DNA of 64,000 nt from Nitrospinales bacterium. Its GTDB lineage: Bacteria > Nitrospinota > Nitrospinia > Nitrospinales > VA-1. The DNA lies in NCBI GenBank assembly GCA_965262115.1, contig OZ253496.1:960001-1024000 (forward strand). Reading direction: 5' to 3'. Positions 23,202 through 34,718 of the stretch are shown here, piece by piece. The notes beneath the pieces are model-generated. The model saw nothing but the letters and a program-made list of their open reading frames with translations. It made no database searches and was not told where the DNA came from. Numbering within the stretch: the stretch's first letter is position 1; every line of letters begins with the position of its first letter. The translations under genes and the position numbers were made by a program.

Positions 23202-24254
23202 TCAGGGAAACCAGATCACCTTCACCGTGCTGGTGACCATAAGATTCAACAAACATAATGGCAGTAAAATTTTCCAACCAAACGTCATCAACCGGTCATA
23301 ACGAATACGGGGAAACGTCGACCGCAACCAGATGAACACACACAGCAGAAAAAATACTTTAGCGGCAAATGACACAATCGGCCAAACAGGCAGGCCATAA
23401 GCGTTCCATCCACCGAGAAACAAAAGCGTCACCAACGCGCTCATGGTCACCATATTGATGTACTCGCCCATGAAGAACATGGCAAACTTCATGCCTGTAT
23501 ATTCCGTATGAAAACCGGCCACCAGTTCCTGCTCGGCTTCAGGCAAGTCAAAAGGAGCCCGGTTGGTCTCCGCAATACCGGCAATAAAAAATAATAAAAA
23601 GGCCAACGGCTGAACAAGAATAAATGGATAAGTTTCCTGAGCCCGGACCATATCCACCAGACTCAGAGAACCGGTGAGCATGATGATACTCAACGCCGAA
23701 AGCCCCAGCGTCAACTCATAACTGATCATCTGGGCAGAAGAACGCAGGCCGCCCATCAACGAATATTTATTATTCGATGATAATCCGGCAAGAACCATTC
23801 CATAAATACCCATGCCTGAAATCGCGAACACGAATAAAATTCCGCTGTTCACATTGGCTCCCCACATATCGATGGTCTGGCCGAACACCTCGAAAGGCTC
23901 GCCAAAAGGAATCACCGCAAACGCAGCAATCGCAGTGATCACAACCACAGCCGGAGCGAGGTGAAACAAAAACTTATCCGCCGAAGATTGAATGATGGAT
24001 TCCTTGAACAACAACTTCACCGTATCCGCCATCGGCTGGCCAAGACCAAAAGGCCCGACCCGATTCGGACCCAGGCGCACCTGAAACCGGCCCATCAAAC
24101 GTCGTTCCAGCCAAACTAATGCGGGGACTACAGACATAATAGCTACCGCAATGACCACGGCCTTGACACTGCCCACGATCAGGGGAATATTCTCGTTCAG
24201 AAATAGAACAATGAAATCCCAGGTATTATTTAAAATTTCAGTGCTCCAGTCCAA
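23202..24254 (-). CDS. nuoH: NADH-quinone oxidoreductase subunit H
   Basis: GPNRVGPFG, SAQMISYE, AETNRAPFDLPEAEQELVAG. Confidence 0.97.
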   Translation of the reverse strand: MDWSTEILNNTWDFIVLFLNENIPLIVGSVKAVVIAVAIMSVVPALVWLERRLMGRFQVRLGPNRVGPFGLGQPMADTVKLLFKESIIQSSADKFLFHLAPAVVVITAIAAFAVIPFGEPFEVFGQTIDMWGANVNSGILFVFAISGMGIYGMVLAGLSSNNKYSLMGGLRSSAQMISYELTLGLSALSIIMLTGSLSLVDMVRAQETYPFILVQPLAFLLFFIAGIAETNRAPFDLPEAEQELVAGFHTEYTGMKFAMFFMGEYINMVTMSALVTLLFLGGWNAYGLPVWPIVSFAAKVFFLLCVFIWLRSTFPRIRYDRLMTFGWKILLPLCLLNLMVTSTVKVIWFP

Positions 24255-24295
24255 ACTCCAACCACTCCAAAAATATTTACCGTTTTAAAATAAAT

Positions 24296-26797
24296 TTAAA
24301 CTTTTCTAACTTCCACCCATGCCGGGCCGCCATCTGCACCGATCAAGCCATTCACTCCCTGCCAATCTGAAGCCATGGGCACCACCACACCGCCGGATTG
24401 GCAACGATTGTTGACACTCGCAGTGGCTTCCAGCATGACATCTTGAGCGGAAAGCAGAACCGTGTCGCCATCCCGAATACCGAGTTTCCTGGCGTCTTTC
24501 TCATTCAAATGCGCGGTGGAAGGCAAAAAGTGATGTGCCAGTTTCGAGGAGGCATCAAGAATTTTGTCATGCGAAAAGAGGAACGTGGCCACACGAAGCC
24601 GGAGGTTTCCGTTTTTTCCTGAACCAGCCGACTGTTCAGCAACCGCTTCATCGACCGAAGTGACAGGTTCCCGGTCACACCCGGTTTTGCCCAACGACCT
24701 TCTGCTGATCTCCTGATAGCCCAGAACTTTTTGGGCAATCTCATCGGTCACATCCAAAACCTTTTGGTAGTCGGTTTCATCTCCCAGAGCATTGAGCATC
24801 AGGTTGATGATTTTCCAGTCCGGAGCCTGGGCCGTTTCCAACGCTTTTTTTCTAGCTTGCACCCTGCCGCCAATATTAGTGGTGGTACCTTCATCATAAC
24901 CAGGACCGTTTGAAGGCAGAACGAGATGCGCAAGTTCAGTCGTTTCAGTTTCCAGCATGTCATGCACCACCAGAAGATCCAGCTTTCTCAAGGCATCCGC
25001 AACCCGCGGCCTTCCGGGAAAATCAATCACTGGATTAGAACGGTGAACTAGCAGAGCTTTCAATTCTCCCGCCTCGGCACGAGCAATCATTTCCAACGCA
25101 GAAAAGCCTTTGGTGGTCGGGGCATTTTCTCCCCATTGTTTTTTTATTTCGTCCTGGTTGGTCACTGGCACTCCACCCGGATAAAAATCGGGAAGCAGTC
25201 CCATATCCATGGCCCCTACTGCATTGGTCATCGGAGCCACAGGAATGGCACCGCATTCCATGGTCGGAACTTTGGCGATCAATTTCAGCAGACGCTTGAC
25301 CCGCGAAACCCCATCTCCGGAAAGAGCCGATGGATTGTACACCACGCAGATTTTCATGCTGGAGCGCACTGTCTCGACCAACGTCTTCATATCTTCCGCA
25401 GAAATTCCAGTTTGACCGGCATCTTTAGCTGGCGCGGGTTCTCCCAACTCCCGAGCCAGGCCATTGGCCAAAGCATCGATGGCCAAAGCTTCAGAACCCA
25501 CCTTGTATTGCACCGATTGAGAAGAGTACCTGTCCAGCGCAATTTTTTGATCATTCAGACTCACCAGCCTCGTACCACAATTGGTCACCGCTTTTTTGAT
25601 GCGCAAATCGAGAACAGGCAATTCTTCCGTTGGGTCACTGGCGATCAACAACACCACGTTAGCGGTTTCAATCTGCTCGACCCCGTAATGGTCGACCGGA
25701 AGACCCGGTGTATCCTGATAAGACTTATGGTCTATATTGTTTGAACCCAGGCTCTGGCGGAATAATTTCTGGTAAAGATAATTTTCCTCGTTGGTGGTGT
25801 AAGGAGACCCGATGAACCCAACGCTTTCGGGTCCGTGCTCTTCGGCGATTTTTTTAAAGGCTTCGGCCACCTTACCAGCCGCATCCTGAATGGTGCAGTC
25901 ATGAGGAAAAACCGGAAAGGAAGTCGGCTTGCCACCGCCCACACTGTTTTCCCGGACAGTGGTGATTTTATTTTTACTGTGCACAAACTGGTGGCCCCAT
26001 CGGCCCTTATCGCAAATCCAGCCATCGTCCACCGCGTCATTGGGACGCGCCTCAATACGCATGAGTTCATTCAGCCTGGTGCCCATCGTGATATTGCAGT
26101 TGCAACCGCAATGGGCACAAAGCGTTTCCGTGTTGGTCAAATCCCAGGTCCTGGCCTTAAAACGAAAGTCCGTGTTGGTCAACGCACCAACCGGACAAAT
26201 ATCTATGACATTCCCGGAGAAGCGGTTGTTGTAAGGTTCATTATTAAATGTGCCGACCTCGTTATAAAAACCACGGTTCAGCATGACCAGTCCCTGGTCT
26301 TGTTCAATTCGCTCGCTATAAGCGGTGCACCGCTGGCAGGCAATACAACGCTCCCGGTCAATGGTGATAACCGGGCTGAGCGGAGTCGCCTTGGCGTTGT
26401 TAGCCCGGTGAAACTCCATGCGGGTATCCGGCGGACCGTACTTGAAGGTGTTGTCCTGCAAAGGACACTCGCCGCCCTTATCACAAACCGGGCAATCGAG
26501 GGGATGATTGAGCAACGTAAACTCCAGAACGCCCTTCTGTGCTTTTTCCACCTTGTCGGTGGTGGTCTTGACCACCATATCCGGCATCACATCCATCGTA
26601 CAGGCAGTCATCAGTTTCGGCATCTTCTCGACTTCCACCAGACACATCCGGCAACAGCCGAGCGGGCCGATCTTCTCGTGATAGCAGAAAACAGGGATGT
26701 CTACATCAACCTCTCTGGCCGCATCCACCACCTTGGTGCCCTTGGGAACCGTCACCGATTTCCCATCAATCGTTAAAGTTACTTCATTGTCAGACAT
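24296..26797 (-). CDS. nuoG: NADH-quinone oxidoreductase subunit G
   Basis: CRMCLVEVE, NHPLDCPVCDKGGECPLQD, ICPVGALT, CAHCGCNC (N7-type site), ICDKGR. Confidence 0.96.
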   Translation of the reverse strand: MSDNEVTLTIDGKSVTVPKGTKVVDAAREVDVDIPVFCYHEKIGPLGCCRMCLVEVEKMPKLMTACTMDVMPDMVVKTTTDKVEKAQKGVLEFTLLNHPLDCPVCDKGGECPLQDNTFKYGPPDTRMEFHRANNAKATPLSPVITIDRERCIACQRCTAYSERIEQDQGLVMLNRGFYNEVGTFNNEPYNNRFSGNVIDICPVGALTNTDFRFKARTWDLTNTETLCAHCGCNCNITMGTRLNELMRIEARPNDAVDDGWICDKGRWGHQFVHSKNKITTVRENSVGGGKPTSFPVFPHDCTIQDAAGKVAEAFKKIAEEHGPESVGFIGSPYTTNEENYLYQKLFRQSLGSNNIDHKSYQDTPGLPVDHYGVEQIETANVVLLIASDPTEELPVLDLRIKKAVTNCGTRLVSLNDQKIALDRYSSQSVQYKVGSEALAIDALANGLARELGEPAPAKDAGQTGISAEDMKTLVETVRSSMKICVVYNPSALSGDGVSRVKRLLKLIAKVPTMECGAIPVAPMTNAVGAMDMGLLPDFYPGGVPVTNQDEIKKQWGENAPTTKGFSALEMIARAEAGELKALLVHRSNPVIDFPGRPRVADALRKLDLLVVHDMLETETTELAHLVLPSNGPGYDEGTTTNIGGRVQARKKALETAQAPDWKIINLMLNALGDETDYQKVLDVTDEIAQKVLGYQEISRRSLGKTGCDREPVTSVDEAVAEQSAGSGKNGNLRLRVATFLFSHDKILDASSKLAHHFLPSTAHLNEKDARKLGIRDGDTVLLSAQDVMLEATASVNNRCQSGGVVVPMASDWQGVNGLIGADGGPAWVEVRKV

Positions 26798-26804
26798 AAT
26801 TGCC

Positions 26805-28061
26805 TCAAACCGAACCTACCGGTGTGTTCTTAAAATATGCTTCATAATCAGAGCGGAAATATTTGATGCTACTCACAACAGGAGAGACACAAGCATCGGC
26901 CAGCGGACAAAACGTTTTCATTGCCATGTTGTCGCAAATATCTTCCATCTTTTCGATGTAATCCAGTTGCCCCTTGTTCTGCATGATCCGCTCAACGATC
27001 TGGTAGAGCCAGCGGGTGCCTTCCCGACATGGCGTACATTTGCCACACGACTCATGCATATAAAAGCTGATCAACCGCAACGTGGATTCAACAATATTGA
27101 CGCTATCATCAATAACGATCATAGCACCTGAACCCAGCATGGTGCCTGCCGCCGCCAGCGATTCATAATCGTATAAGACGTCTACCTGGTCGGCAGGAAG
27201 CATGGGGACCGATGAGCCGCCGGGTATAAATGCTTTCAGATTGTTATCATCACGGATTCCGCCAGCAAGATCATAAATGATTTCCCTGATCGGAGTGCCC
27301 AGCACCACTTCATAGTTTCCGGGTTTTTTCACATGCCCGGAAACACTGACCAACTTGGTGCCCTTGCTTTTTTCAGTTCCCATTGAGGCATATTTTTCAG
27401 CGCCTTCGTTGACAATATAAGGAATCACGCACAGGGTTTCGACATTGTTGATAACTGTTGGCTTGGCATACAAACCTTCTACAGCTGGAAAAGGAGGTTT
27501 CATTCTCGGTTCACCGCGCTCTCCTTCAAGGGAATTCAGGAGGGCCGATTCCTCACCACAGATATAGGCCCCGGCACCAAGATGGGTATAAATATCTAAA
27601 TTGAACCCGGTTCCTTGAATATTTTTACCCAAATACCTTTTGGCGTAAGCGTCTTCTATGGCTTTTCCCATGTTGAAGATCAAATCATGGAATTCCCCAC
27701 GCATATAAATGTATCCAATTTCGACCCGGCAGGCATAGGAGCAGAGGATCATGCCTTCAATTAAACTATGCGGATTTTTAAGCATGAGTTCCCGGTCTTT
27801 ACAGGTTCCCGGTTCCGACTCATCGGCGTTGCAACAGAGATAACGGGGAAACACATCCTTGGCGAGAAAACTCCATTTTAATCCTGTCGGGAAACCCGCA
27901 CCGCCGCGCCCACGCAACCCAGAAGCTTTGACCGCCTCAACAATCTCTTCCGGTTTCTGGGCGAAGGCTTTCTTTAAGGCCTGGTAACCACCCTGCTCTT
28001 CGTAGACCTTCATAGTATGAAGGTCTTTCATATTTATATTTTTAAAAAGAATCTGTGTCAT
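26805..28061 (-). CDS. nuoF: NADH-quinone oxidoreductase subunit F
   Basis: GLRGRGGAGFPTGLKW, NADESEPGT, AYICGEE, ESCGKCTPCREG; start at ATG 28061. Confidence 0.97.
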   Translation of the reverse strand: MTQILFKNINMKDLHTMKVYEEQGGYQALKKAFAQKPEEIVEAVKASGLRGRGGAGFPTGLKWSFLAKDVFPRYLCCNADESEPGTCKDRELMLKNPHSLIEGMILCSYACRVEIGYIYMRGEFHDLIFNMGKAIEDAYAKRYLGKNIQGTGFNLDIYTHLGAGAYICGEESALLNSLEGERGEPRMKPPFPAVEGLYAKPTVINNVETLCVIPYIVNEGAEKYASMGTEKSKGTKLVSVSGHVKKPGNYEVVLGTPIREIIYDLAGGIRDDNNLKAFIPGGSSVPMLPADQVDVLYDYESLAAAGTMLGSGAMIVIDDSVNIVESTLRLISFYMHESCGKCTPCREGTRWLYQIVERIMQNKGQLDYIEKMEDICDNMAMKTFCPLADACVSPVVSSIKYFRSDYEAYFKNTPVGSV

Positions 28062-28063
28062 CG

Positions 28064-28540
28064 TCAGTCCAAAGAATCGAGAATTTGGTCGATGCGCTGC
28101 TCGGTCAAATCCCCATAATAAGTGTCGTTGATCCGCATCATCGGCGCGTTCGTACAATCTGCTAGGCATTCTTCTCGATGCAGGGTGAACTTTTCATCCG
28201 ATGTGGTTTCGCCCACCTTGATATTAAGTTTCTTGGCCGTGTGCTCAAGCAGTTTGTCGCAACCGTTCAACTGGCAACTGATGTTGATGCAGAAAAGAAT
28301 CATGTATTTCCCGACCTTCTCGGCGTGATACATCGTGTAAAACGACATGACCGACTGCACATAGGCCGGCGAGCAATCCAGCTTTTCACTGATCGCCACC
28401 ATGGCCTCCGGCGAGATCGCTCTCTCAGCCCGCTGGACCAGAGTCAGCAAAGGCAACATCGCCGACTTCTTAAAAGGATATTTGGATAAAATACCCGTAA
28501 TTTCCTTTTCCTGCTTTTCAGAAAACGTGAATCCAGACAT
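28064..28540 (-). CDS. nuoE: NADH-quinone oxidoreductase subunit E
   Basis: SFYTMY, CINISC, ECLADCTNAP 2Fe-2S ligands. Confidence 0.95.
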   Translation of the reverse strand: MSGFTFSEKQEKEITGILSKYPFKKSAMLPLLTLVQRAERAISPEAMVAISEKLDCSPAYVQSVMSFYTMYHAEKVGKYMILFCINISCQLNGCDKLLEHTAKKLNIKVGETTSDEKFTLHREECLADCTNAPMMRINDTYYGDLTEQRIDQILDSLD

Positions 28541-28566
28541 TAACAAATTTTCCCTATAAAATTCTA

Positions 28567-28719
28567 CGGAGAACCTCCGCTGGCAAGTGCAATATCCTTA
28601 CCCTGCGAACAAACATTCTCTCGGCTCAATGAGCCATTGAATGAGCAAAGCCTTTTAAAGCTGAGATAAACTTTTGCCAGCCCAATAAAACTATTGCATG
28701 CTGGCCCCACGCCTAGTGG
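28567..28719. repeat. Inverted dyad of modular repeat with two different caps (nuoD-nuoE spacer)
   Basis: Left CGGAGAACCTCCGCTGG + core; right (minus strand) CCACTAGGCGTGGGGCCAGCAT-GCAATAGTTTTATTGGGCTGGCAAAAGTTTATCTCAGCTTTAAAAGGCTTTGCT. Confidence 0.85.
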
Positions 28720-29919
28720 TTAGCGGTCGACTTCACCCATAACAATATCGATGCTGCCAATGATACTCACCACATCGGCGATATAACAACCTTCCATCAC
28801 TTTACACATGCCGGGTATCGCCATGAACGAAGGCGCTCGCAGCTTGACCCGGTAAGGAACATTGGTACCGTCACTGACGATATAAAACCCCACTTCACCT
28901 CTTGCTCCTTCGATGGGCACATAGGTTTCGCCTTTCGGGACGCTGATCCCCTCGGACACCAGCTTGAAATGATGGATCAATGCTTCCATACTGGTATGTA
29001 AGGTTTCCCGATCAGGTAAAGAGACTTTGTTGTCCGGCGTTTTATAATCGCCGCCCGGCAGTCTTTCCATAGCTTGCTTGATGATGGCCCGGCTCTGACG
29101 CATTTCTTCAACCCGCACGCGGTAGCGATCGTAAATATCCCCGTTGGTTTGTATGGGGACATCGAAACTATAATTGTCGTAACCGCTGTAGGGTTGGGAT
29201 TTGCGAATATCCCAGTTCACTCCGGAGGCTCTCAATGCTGGCCCGCTCAAACTCCAGTTGATCGCTTCTTCCCGGGTGAACACACCGATTCCCTCAGTTC
29301 GATCCAGCCAGATCGGGTTTCTCGTCAGCAACCTTTCATACTCATCCACCTTGGCGGGGAAATAATCGAGGAAATCGCGGATGCCATCCAGCCAGGGTCG
29401 GGTCGCATCTTTCGCCACGCCACCAACACGAATATAACTGGTCATCATGCGTACGCCGGAAACCTCTTCATTCAGATCGAGGATCATCTCGCGCTCGCGC
29501 CAGCAATAGAGGAAAACTGTCATGGCCCCAATGTCCAAGGCATGCGTGCCCAGCCAAACCAGATGGCTGGCGATGCGGGACAACTCGCACATGATGACCC
29601 TGAGTGCGTTAGCCCGTTCAGGGATCTCAATGCCCAATAGTTTTTCCGTCGACAGGCAGAAGGCCAGATTGTTTCCCGGCGGATTGAGGTAGTCCAATCG
29701 GTCGGTCATTGGGATGACGTGAACGTATCTTTTATTTTCGCAGTTTTTTTCGATGCCCGTGTGCAGATAGCCGATTTCCGGCTCGGCAGTCTTTACCACC
29801 TCACCATCCATTTCAAGGATGACGCGGAAGACCCCGTGGGTGCTCGGGTGCTGGGGACCCATGTTCAGGGTCATCGTATCTTTATCGCGCTCCAGCAGTC
29901 CTTGTTCAGTTACGCTCAC
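28720..29919 (-). CDS. nuoD: NADH-quinone oxidoreductase subunit D
   Basis: NMGPQHPSTHGVFR, GYLHTGIEK, DRLDY, DIVMGEVDR. Confidence 0.98.
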   Translation of the reverse strand: MSVTEQGLLERDKDTMTLNMGPQHPSTHGVFRVILEMDGEVVKTAEPEIGYLHTGIEKNCENKRYVHVIPMTDRLDYLNPPGNNLAFCLSTEKLLGIEIPERANALRVIMCELSRIASHLVWLGTHALDIGAMTVFLYCWREREMILDLNEEVSGVRMMTSYIRVGGVAKDATRPWLDGIRDFLDYFPAKVDEYERLLTRNPIWLDRTEGIGVFTREEAINWSLSGPALRASGVNWDIRKSQPYSGYDNYSFDVPIQTNGDIYDRYRVRVEEMRQSRAIIKQAMERLPGGDYKTPDNKVSLPDRETLHTSMEALIHHFKLVSEGISVPKGETYVPIEGARGEVGFYIVSDGTNVPYRVKLRAPSFMAIPGMCKVMEGCYIADVVSIIGSIDIVMGEVDR

Positions 29920-29927
29920 GGGTCGCC

Positions 29928-30454
29928 CTAACGAGTCGGTGGTTTCGATTTGACCAGATCACTTTTAAAATCCCGGTTATACGAGAAAGTGACGGTCTCT
30001 GTGGTCAACGGATAATCTTTTCTAAGCGGGTAGCCAGCCCACTCTTTCGGCATGATCAGCCGTTCATTTTTAGGATGCCCTTCGATGTGGATTCCAAACA
30101 TATCAAACAGTTCCTGCTCCGGGTATAACGCTCCCTTCCACAATTCTGAAACGGTGGGCACAGAAGGATTCTCTTCATCTATGCCGACACGGACACGAAT
30201 GGAATGCTGATGGTCGATGGAATAAAGCTGGTAAACCGCTTCGAAGCGAGGATCACGTTCTTCATTGAGATAATCCACCCCGCGCACGTCAGAAAGGTAA
30301 TCGAATTTCAGGGATGGGTCGTCCTTGAGGAAAGCCGCCACCTTTTGCAGGCAGTCGGGAGCCAGGAATATCACTGCATCGCCCTCAGGCAGAGCGGTAT
30401 CCTGGATGACATCGGCAAGGCCGGCTTTCACTTTCTCGACGATTTCCTCACTCG

Positions 30455-30458
<4 letters not shown>
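29928..30458 (-). CDS. nuoC: NADH-quinone oxidoreductase subunit C
   Basis: [25 protein letters not shown]. Confidence 0.95.
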
Positions 30459-31029
<571 letters not shown>

Positions 31030-31039
<10 letters not shown>

Positions 31040-31383
31040 TCCAAACCTCCCCGTCCCCAAATATAGACGTATGCGATTCCCAGAATGATTATGAAAATGG
31101 CCATTTCCACCAATCCGAACAGTTTGAGTTCGCCGAGAGCTACCGCCCATGGATACATAAACACGACTTCCACATCAAAGATGATGAAAAGCATGGCGAT
31201 GGTGGCAAACCGCACTGGATAACGGCCTTTGGCCTCTTCGGTCGGGATTATACCACACTCATAGGGAAGCATTTTTTGCGGGCTGGGATTGCGCGGACCC
31301 AGCACCGTAGACAATGCCAGCAAGGCTCCCACCACTACAATGGCGACCACTGCGAATAAAGAAATGTAGAAATACTCGGTCAT
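31030..31383 (-). CDS. nuoA: NADH-quinone oxidoreductase subunit A
   Basis: [29 protein letters not shown] upstream of ATG 31383. Confidence 0.97.
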
Positions 31384-31670
31384 TAAGTACCTCAATATTG
31401 GCCTCGGCCAAAAAACCGGGGCCGTTCCTCTGTTAATACCAATCCAGAACACTTGCTGGAAAAACAGAAATCTCGTTTAACAATAATATGTTAGCACTAC
31501 CCTTAAAGATTGGGGAAGCAAACCACTGGAATCGGGATTATATCAGTCTGCCCTACCCTGTCAATAATTGATTTACCGGGAGATACCGGCATTATCCGGG
31601 CCACAATAAAATCCGCAAAACCTTTAATTAAAAGGGCTAACGAGGCTGAAAAACAGGGGCTTGTGATAGT

Positions 31671-31955
31671 GGAGAGGGGTAGTTGACAAGAGCGGGACAC
31701 ATTGCCTGCAAGGTCATCTGCTAAGTGCGCATTAGGAATGACTCCCCCCAGAAGTGGACAAGGTTGCCGGAAGCGCGGCTACGTCTTGCCTCCTCTCCCT
31801 TCATGAGACCTTTGCATAAAGTCATCATTGCGGAAACAGAAATCCCCCCTCCCTTCATAGGGAGGGGTTAGGGGAGGGTTGGATTATGAATTCCGTAAAA
31901 ATAATCCACACCCCTCTGCGGCTACGCCTTGCCTCCCCTCATGAAAGGGGAGGAT
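31671..31955. repeat. Cluster of CCCTCCC/GGGAGGG REP-like palindromes
   Basis: CCCCTCCCTTCATAGGGAGGGG (~31846), CCTCCCCTCATGAAAGGGGAGG (~31932), direct repeat GCGGCTACGYCTTGCCTC at ~31775 and ~31918. Confidence 0.6.
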
Positions 31956-31961
31956 CAATCT

Positions 31962-34698
31962 TTAAAAAAGAATATCGCCTTTCAGCATGATGGCGTGGTC
32001 AGCGGCGCTGCTGTTACTCTCCCTGCGCTCACCGGTCAGGTTCAGGTCAAACAACGCATCAAGCTCCCACCTCATCCCCAGGCGGTAACTGCTGGAAGAG
32101 CCGCTGAGAGTCATCTCACTGTAGGGAGTCAGCAATCCCCGTCCGCCGGGAGCCGTCAGCCCGTAACCAAGACGGGCGTCCAGCCGTGCGCCGACATCCC
32201 GGTCATCACTGATCTCGTCACGCAGACCCTCCTGCCATAGCTTTTGCGTGCCACTGCCTGTGCTGCCGTAACCGGGACTCAGGCTGAACGACAGTCCCCG
32301 TCCGTTTTTGCCCTGTTCCAGAAGAATCAGGCCGGAAACGCCCCATTCCTCATAATTGTCCCGTCCCACCAGAGTCCGCGCCCTGCCTTCCAGGGTCAGG
32401 CCGGCGATCGGATCGGTGTAGCGGAAACCGGCGCCCAGCTCGGCCCCGAAACCGGTTTCGCCGTCACCGCCGTCATACCGCACTCCGGCCTCCAGGCTTG
32501 GCTCCACATAAGCCTTGTCAGACAGCATATGCTTATGGGCCCCTTCCAGAACCATGCGAAACAAGTGGGCCTCCACATCCAGCGCTTCTATGTCATCTCT
32601 GCCCTCCACTTCCAGTTCCGTCAGCAGGGCCGAACCCTTGAGATGGAACGTGATCAATCCTGTCTGCGGCAACTGATAATCACCGCCCGCACTCACAGTC
32701 CGCGTCTCGACATCGCTCGATACACGGTCCAGCCCGTCATTGGCGATCTCAAGATCGCCCCAGCCGTAGCCGGCAGTGGCCCACAGGTCCAACTGTCCGG
32801 CCAGCGCTTCCCATCTCACATAAGGGTGGATGCTGGTAATATCCAGCTTGTGATCGCCTTTGCGTTGGGGATCCTGAAAGTAAAGATCCTCCCTCTCGTA
32901 GTCAAGGTCGCTCTGGCTCCAGGATACCGCCAGGCCGATCAGCAGGTCGTCGCGCGGTTGGGCGTCCAGTCCCAGATGGGCGCTGAACAGGTCGCCGTCA
33001 AAGTTCACGCTCCCGCCGGAACCTTCGAAGCTGCGGTAGCCGCCCCCGCCCCAGAAAGTCAGGGAGGACAGGACTCCGCTACCCATGCCGTCCACATTAT
33101 TCAGCGGCAGTACGAAGTCAGAGTTGCCCAGTACATCCTTCAGACTCAGCGTGCCATCGGCAACGGTCTGCCCGTAGGCAGATGCCGCCCCGGCCAGTGT
33201 GGACTGCCCGGCGATAGTGACGGATCGGGTCGTGCTATTCCCGGCCTGCCCGATACGTTCTGTTATCGCACCCACCGTCTGGTCTGCTATGGCACGCGCC
33301 ACTTCCGGCAGGACCGCGTTATTGAGGTCGGCAAACCCTGCTTCCGTAGCGTTGACCGTGACCGTGAAGGCCACACCCCTGCTGGCACCGTTGGCATCGG
33401 TGACCGTGTAGGTCAGCTCGGTGACCGCCCTATTCTGCGTGTAGCTCTGGTTTGATGCATTCAGGGTCAGCGCGGGAACGAATGTAATGATTACAGGTCC
33501 TGTTCGAATAGATACGTTACCTCCAACATCAGTTGCAACTGCAGTAAATGAGTTGTCACCTTCATTTAATGTCACATCAAAACTCCAATTACCATCACTG
33601 TCAGGTGATGTACCACCAAGTAATATGAAATAATTGTGTAGTGTAATTGTCTTTACACCAGTTGAAGTACCCTCAATTGTAAATGATGATTCAGTGACAG
33701 TAGTTGGTGTAGTAGATGGTGTGGTAAATACCGGAATAGCAACTGGAGGGGCGCGTAGTGTAATGATTATAATTTCTGATCCACAAGATTCACCTACAGT
33801 ATCAGCTACAGTGGCAGAAAACGTATTTTGGCCAACAGCTAGCGTTGCATCAATACTAAAAGTCCCATCAGAGCCAACTGTTATTGGAGCGAAAACAAGT
33901 GCATTTTGAGTTAGTGTTAGAATAGAGCCAGGTTGTGCGGTACCTATGATTGTTGTAGCACTGTCATCTACAGGGGTAGTTGTTTGTACCAATACAGGAG
34001 GGGCAGGAGATAAATCAAGGGTAATAGTTATTTCATTATGAAGTAACAAAATTACCACCATTTATTGCATCTACAGTAAATATATTCTCACCCTCAATTA
34101 ATGGTATAGTAAAATTCCAGTTGCCATCACTGTCAGGACTTGTAGTTAAATCAGCAAATATTCCTCCTTTGTACAGACTAATTGTATTTGCATGAGTTGA
34201 AGTACCCTCAATTGTAAATGATGGTGATGGAATAGTACAAGACGATATAACAGTAGAAGATAGTGTAGTAATTGCTACAGAAGTTACAGGCAAGTTTACT
34301 GTAATAGTTACAGAATATGATTTGGCAGATTCGTTGCCAAACTTGTCAGTAACAGTGAATATGTTTTTCACTCCATGAACCAGTGTATCATCACTAGTTA
34401 ATATTACATCAATTTCCCAATTGCCATCAGCACCAAGGGATACAGTGGAAACAGTAAGTATTCCTCCTTTGTATAGATTTATTGTTTCTGCATCATTTGA
34501 AGTGCCACGAATTGTGAATGGTCCTAGTTCGTTGGTAAGAGTATCTGAGGTGGTAATTGTAGGAGCTGGAGGTGAGGTTTGCGCCCATGCTGTGGATGCC
34601 AGCCCGATCAACAAGCCCATCACAACCAACAGTCTCAGCAAAAGAAGAGTGCCAAGACTATAAGAAATAGTTTTCACACCGCGAATTTTTTTGGACAT
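31962..34698 (-). pseudogene. Autotransporter with Ig-like passenger repeats, split by one frameshift at ~34038
   Basis: Signal peptide ..ASTAWA-Q, four Thr-rich Ig-like units (TIxGTS..DGNW..L.xGxNxFT), helical linker, barrel (LTFWGGG, HPY, EAGVRYDGGDGETG, LGYG) ending in Phe. The span is 2737 nt (3n+1). Confidence 0.8.
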
Positions 34699-34718
34699 AG
34701 ATTCATACCTAAGTTAAT

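Noticed and set aside
31660..31810. 6S RNA or other ncRNA closed by GGAGAGG/CCTCTCC pairing
   Set aside because: Only the terminal stem is evident, and it is explained by the local REP-like palindromes.
33660..34223. Diversity-generating retroelement TR/VR pair in the autotransporter
   Set aside because: The shared stretch is short, both copies are coding Ig-like units, there is no adenine-specific mismatch pattern, and no reverse transcriptase is in the window.
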